Source: Blastocatellia bacterium (GTDB lineage Bacteria > Acidobacteriota > Blastocatellia > UBA7656). From it: a DNA stretch of 64,000 nucleotides. A program made the translations under genes and the position numbers. Under the pieces are notes generated by a model that made no database searches, was not told the DNA's origin, and saw nothing but the letters and a program-made list of their open reading frames with translations. Every line of letters starts with the position of its first letter. Within the stretch, counting starts at the first letter, position 1. This document shows, piece after piece, positions 62,219-64,000 of this stretch. Where the stretch lies: positions 1,056,001-1,120,000 of the forward strand of contig CAVXWP010000001.1 in assembly GCA_963765495.1 (NCBI GenBank). Reading direction: 5' to 3'.

Positions 62219-63919
62219 ATGAAACAAGCGATTAAATTATGGGCGCTGATCGCAATTGGGGCGATAGCCTGTATACACATGCCTGATGCTCAGGCAGCGG
62301 CCAGAGGATCAATTCGCGGCCTCATCAAAGACGGGCTCGGGAATCCGCTTGCGGGCGCGGCGGTCCTTGTGCTGACTGCCGGTGAAGAGGCGAAGTCCGA
62401 AAAGCTGATAAAACGGGCCAGCACCGACAGTGAAGGCAAATTTATCGCTTCGGGCATACTGCCCGGCCAGTATCGCCTGAAGGCCGAAGCCGATGGCTTC
62501 AAACCCGTCGTTTTTGACGCGAGCGTCCAGCCTAATAAAGTCACGGTATTCGATTCAATCAAAATGCGCCGCGAGGGCACGCTTGCCGAAGAGACAAATC
62601 TCAACCTCGGCACAAAATACGCGACTCGAAAAGCCCGAGGCTCGATATTCCACTTTGAAGAACCCGGCACTACGCCCGCCGAAGCCGATGAAGAATCGGT
62701 CGTGGCGCTTACCGACCGCGCATCCGACATGCACGGCTATGTTCACACTTTCGCTCAAACCACAGTCGCTACAAAAGGCGACGCCAGTTCCTTTGTTGGA
62801 GCAAACTTTGCGGTCGCCGAACAGTTGGGACGCTCAGCCAACCTTGTCGTCAGCGGGCAGGGTGGTCTGGGCGACGGGGCTATGCAGAGCCTCAAGGTTG
62901 TGACCACGGCGCACGCGGGCGACCGACACCGTTTTGCCGTCGCGCTCGGTTACGGGCGTTTCACCTTCTCTCGCCGAGGCTCTATTCCCAACCTCGGACA
63001 GTTTTCGCTTTCGGCCACCGATACCTGGCAGGTGTCGGGCCCGGTCCTTATTGTTTACGGGCTTGAAGTGGCTCGCTTCACCGAAGGGGCTACGGGTACG
63101 AGCGTTCTTCCGAGATTTGGAATCGCCGTAGATGCAACCCCGCGCACCAGATTATTTGCAGGACTGGCGCCCGGCTCATCGGTTGATGCTCAGGAAAAAG
63201 TCAATCTCGAAAGCGGCGAGATCGTATTTGCCGAGCCCAAGACGGTTGCTCTCAGAGAGAATGGCGAGAATGCCGAGCCGGTAATGGACCGCAGCTATCG
63301 CCTGCAATTTGGCGGCGAGCAGATTTTGTCCGACAAATCATCGGTCGAGATGATGGCCTTCTTCGATACGGTTTCCGGCCACGGAGTAGGGCTGCTGGCT
63401 GTTCCGCTTGATCGCCCTGAGAGCCGCGAGATAATGCGCAACGAGGCTCAATCGGGCCGTTCGCGCGGAGTTCGTGTGGTCTATCACAGACGCCTGACCG
63501 ATGTGGTTGATGGCTCAATCGGGTATGCCTTTGGTGAAGGGCAGCGTCTTGATCCGCGCGGCATAACCGACCCTGGCGACCTTTTTGAAAACAGCCTGTT
63601 TCACATCTTCTCTGCAAAGATCGACGCAAACTTTGTCCGCACCGGCACAAAGGTTTCGACCGTTCTGCGGATCGCGCCCGAACAGGCCGTCTTTGCGATT
63701 GATCCGTTCGAAGGCCAGATAGCAACCAATGATCCCAACCTGAGCGTTTCGCTGATACAGGATTTGCCCAGATTCGGGTTTATGCCCGGACAGTTGCAGG
63801 CAATCGTTGATCTGCGCAATCTGCTCGATCAGCAGGCCTCGGTTGCAGACGACCAGCAGGAGTTGCTGACGAGCCGGTTTCACAGACTCGTTCGCGTGGG
63901 CGTATCGCTTCGGTTTTAG
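62219..63919 (+). CDS. Outer-membrane beta-barrel protein with N-terminal carboxypeptidase-regulatory-like domain
   Basis: Signal peptide, G.I.D..G.PL.GA.V..TD.EG.F..PG.Y domain, C-terminal VGVSLRF. Confidence 0.75.
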   Translation: MKQAIKLWALIAIGAIACIHMPDAQAAARGSIRGLIKDGLGNPLAGAAVLVLTAGEEAKSEKLIKRASTDSEGKFIASGILPGQYRLKAEADGFKPVVFDASVQPNKVTVFDSIKMRREGTLAEETNLNLGTKYATRKARGSIFHFEEPGTTPAEADEESVVALTDRASDMHGYVHTFAQTTVATKGDASSFVGANFAVAEQLGRSANLVVSGQGGLGDGAMQSLKVVTTAHAGDRHRFAVALGYGRFTFSRRGSIPNLGQFSLSATDTWQVSGPVLIVYGLEVARFTEGATGTSVLPRFGIAVDATPRTRLFAGLAPGSSVDAQEKVNLESGEIVFAEPKTVALRENGENAEPVMDRSYRLQFGGEQILSDKSSVEMMAFFDTVSGHGVGLLAVPLDRPESREIMRNEAQSGRSRGVRVVYHRRLTDVVDGSIGYAFGEGQRLDPRGITDPGDLFENSLFHIFSAKIDANFVRTGTKVSTVLRIAPEQAVFAIDPFEGQIATNDPNLSVSLIQDLPRFGFMPGQLQAIVDLRNLLDQQASVADDQQELLTSRFHRLVRVGVSLRF

Positions 63920-64000
63920 CAGGCCGCTGTACTTCAGTGGAACGGGCTAAGGCGCGGGTAGGTGCCTTTAGATTGCTGCTTTTTAGTGGGAAAGCCCTCG

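Overview
Bacterial chromosomal window, probably Acidobacteriota (Blastocatellia-like; inferred from gene content and repeat style only). The host backbone carries a CarH/LitR-regulated carotenoid cluster, cls-ybhP, purB/purS, two acyl-CoA ligases, tatD, priA, prmC-prfA-rpmE and rdgB. Five things stand out. (1) tRNA-Arg(UCU) is split at anticodon position 34/35 by a 597-nt group I intron encoding an HNH endonuclease; the ORF reads through the ribozyme core and its Shine-Dalgarno overlaps the internal guide sequence. (2) A ~13.7-kb tyrosine-integrase island sits in tRNA-Pro(UGG), duplicates the 5' half of the tRNA and supplies a replacement promoter; it carries a type I R-M system with a broken hsdS. 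(3) An integrase-less ~3.8-kb insertion duplicates the priA promoter and start; it encodes a Zn-ribbon/DUF3626-like protein coupled to a TPR protein with ten near-identical 102-bp repeats, a candidate defence or conflict module. (4) A candidate sigma54-dependent three-hairpin sRNA lies upstream of rpmE. (5) Inverted heptamer-repeat elements are scattered through intergenic regions, and one encloses a four-helix-bundle gene. All calls come from reading the sequence; no searches or folding programs were run.
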